From Marsupella aquatica (Eukaryota; Plantae; Marchantiophyta), in assembly GCA_973895155.1 (NCBI GenBank), contig OZ316892.1, positions 7,981,251 to 8,045,250 of the forward strand: 64,000 bases of DNA, written 5' to 3'. The position numbers were made by a program, and so were the translations under genes. Below are positions 62,228 to 64,000 of this stretch, piece by piece. A model generated the notes under the pieces. It worked only from the letters and a program-made list of their open reading frames with translations. It ran no database searches and was not told the DNA's origin. The stretch's first letter is position 1; each line of letters starts with the position of its first letter.

Positions 62228-62690
62228 CCCTTTGCATCCTGAAGCCCCACTAATAATCCCAAAGTTTTTGCTACTTTAAGCTTTTTACTTAAAGTTACCA
62301 TGGCCGCTTACTTGGCTTTAGCCGACCCAATGCCGAGCGGGATGCCAAGACTTTAGGGTAAATACAGCTTGGCTGACTTTTCAACAACGTTTCTTCACTA
62401 CCCCTTGCATCTTAGAACCCCATTGGTAACCCCAAAATTTTGGTTACTTTAAGCTTCTCACTTAAAGTCGCCGCAATAGCTTAATTGGCGTTGGCCGCCC
62501 CAATGTCGAGACCCCCTAGGGTAAAGGCGCTGTTTGGCTGACTATTCAACGGCCCTTACCCGGCCCTTGCATATATCTTGGAACCCCATCAGTAACCCCA
62601 ACTTTTTGGTTACTTTAAGCTTAGTTTTGCTCCTAGTTTTGCTTAAAGTTGACCATGGCCGTTTACTTGGCTTTGTCCGCCCCAATCGTT
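62228..62690. repeat. Three tandem units of about 170 bp
   Basis: 'cttgcat...gaacccca...taaccccaa..ttttggttactttaagctt...cttaaagt...cttggc.tt.gcc.ccccaat' near 62228, 62401 and 62563. Confidence 0.85.
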
Positions 62691-62708
62691 GAGTATTGCT
62701 CTTAGTCT

Positions 62709-62957
62709 TGTGACTCTAGAGCTAACCGTAGTTAGGCTAACTCAGGTTAGGACTTAGCTTAAAGGTTATCAGTGATGCATGCTATATACAACCAAGGCTG
62801 AGTGGAGCAAGAGAGAAGTAAAGGACTCTTGCTTTCCCTTGACGTAGCCTCAGTCGTGAGGTGAACCATGTACTCGCTCTGTCGACTACTTTGTATGGTG
62901 TTTACATGTGCATGGTGTCTCGAGATATGCATTATCCCCAACAAGTGGTATTAGAGC
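62709..62957 (+). mobile_element. Copia-like LTR 3' part plus tRNA-iMet PBS
   Basis: U5-type motif GACGTAGCC...GTGAACCATGTA, LTR end CCCCAACA (62943), then AG-TGGTATTAGAGC (62946-62957). The 5' boundary is uncertain. Confidence 0.65.
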
Positions 62958-63901
62958 ATGTCTGGGAGGTGACACTCTGGTCACAAGAATTTATTGTGTA
63001 GTTGACGGTTTGAAATTCTATCACTATATTCATTAAAAGTGTACTTTTAAAAGTCTAGAAAATGAATACTAAAGTTCTTTTTTTCAACCCAAACCTCTTT
63101 AAAATGAGCCCCAAAAGTGAATATTTTTCAGCCAGAATACACACTTTTTAATTCCCAAATTTTATTTTTTCTCACCCAAATATTCAATATTAAATTAAAT
63201 GATATATTTTAATAAATATAAAAATTAAATTAAAATTAAATTAGTCCAAAAATCAGAGGCCATTAACACTCAAAACATAAATCCAAAATATCTTAATATC
63301 TATAATAATAATCAAGGATCAAAATGAGATTGACCCACTATATGGATATTACTATCAAGTACACCCAGTCAAAAAGCCTCAAACTAAACATAATTATCCT
63401 AATTAAGTGTTTACTATATGTCCTACATGTTCAAGACATTTCTTTCTACAAGTAGATAAGTACATTTCAAAGTAGAAACTAGAGCGACCCTAATCTGCTA
63501 ATGATCAAGACAAAATTCATTTGAACAAGAAAGTTTACTTCCTGATTTATCGTAGCGGATATCATGGTTGCAAGCATCTCTCACACGGTGATTCTTGAAC
63601 TTATTGGTGAGGTCCCTAGTTTTTAGAACTTTCCAAATGAATTGCCTACTCTATCGTCTATAAGGGCCAGAATAATTGTCTCCAAGTAAAGCATTTGTAG
63701 TTTCTTTGATCTCATCTGCGGTCCACATCTCCAGTGGTGTGTAATGCTGCACCTCTTCCTTTCCGTCCCAAGGAATCTCTTCGGGAGTGACATCCAAGAT
63801 GGTTCCACACACCTCATGATTGGATATAATAGTGATTTCCCCACTTCTTTTCCAAAAGAGCATAGATGGCAGCATGATCCTCCTTGCTTGTTACTTATAA
63901 A

Positions 63902-64000
63902 TGTTGAGCATAGACGACGATCGCAACGGCAAGCCCATGAACCATCCAACGCACAATAGTCGACACAAGAGATACGTGGTTCACCTCCTTGAGGCTACGT
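63902..64000 (-). mobile_element. 3' end of a related LTR in the opposite orientation (truncated by the window edge)
   Basis: Reverse complement ACGTAGCCTCAAGGAGGTGAACCACGTATCTCTTGTGTCGACTA matches 62842-62888; ends CTCAACA with no PBS (solo or 3' LTR). Confidence 0.65.

Noticed and set aside
63480-63900. Minus-strand ORFs next to the terminal LTR
   Set aside because: Interrupted by stops and unidentifiable; insufficient support for a call.

Overview
Eukaryotic nuclear DNA from a land plant, probably a non-seed lineage such as a bryophyte (inferred from divergent orthologues and composition; not provable here). Five intact genes are supported: an intronless BAHD acyltransferase (+), a 13-exon At2g30600-like BTB/BACK/discoidin protein (-), a 9-exon TAP46 PP2A regulator with a GC-AG first intron (+), an intronless HIRIP3/CHZ-like histone chaperone (+) and a 6-exon GDP-mannose 3',5'-epimerase (-). 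Between them lie CpG-depleted transposon remnants (PIF/Harbinger MITEs, LTR and LINE fragments), many local tandem or inverted duplications and several probable pseudogenes. The most unusual object is a 160-bp LTR-like unit with perfect TGTTGAAA/TTTCAACA termini and a tRNA-iMet primer-binding site. It carries a tRNA-Cys-like Pol III cassette internally (39025-39196), reminiscent of the 5S-carrying Cassandra elements but tRNA-based. Exon boundaries were read by eye.
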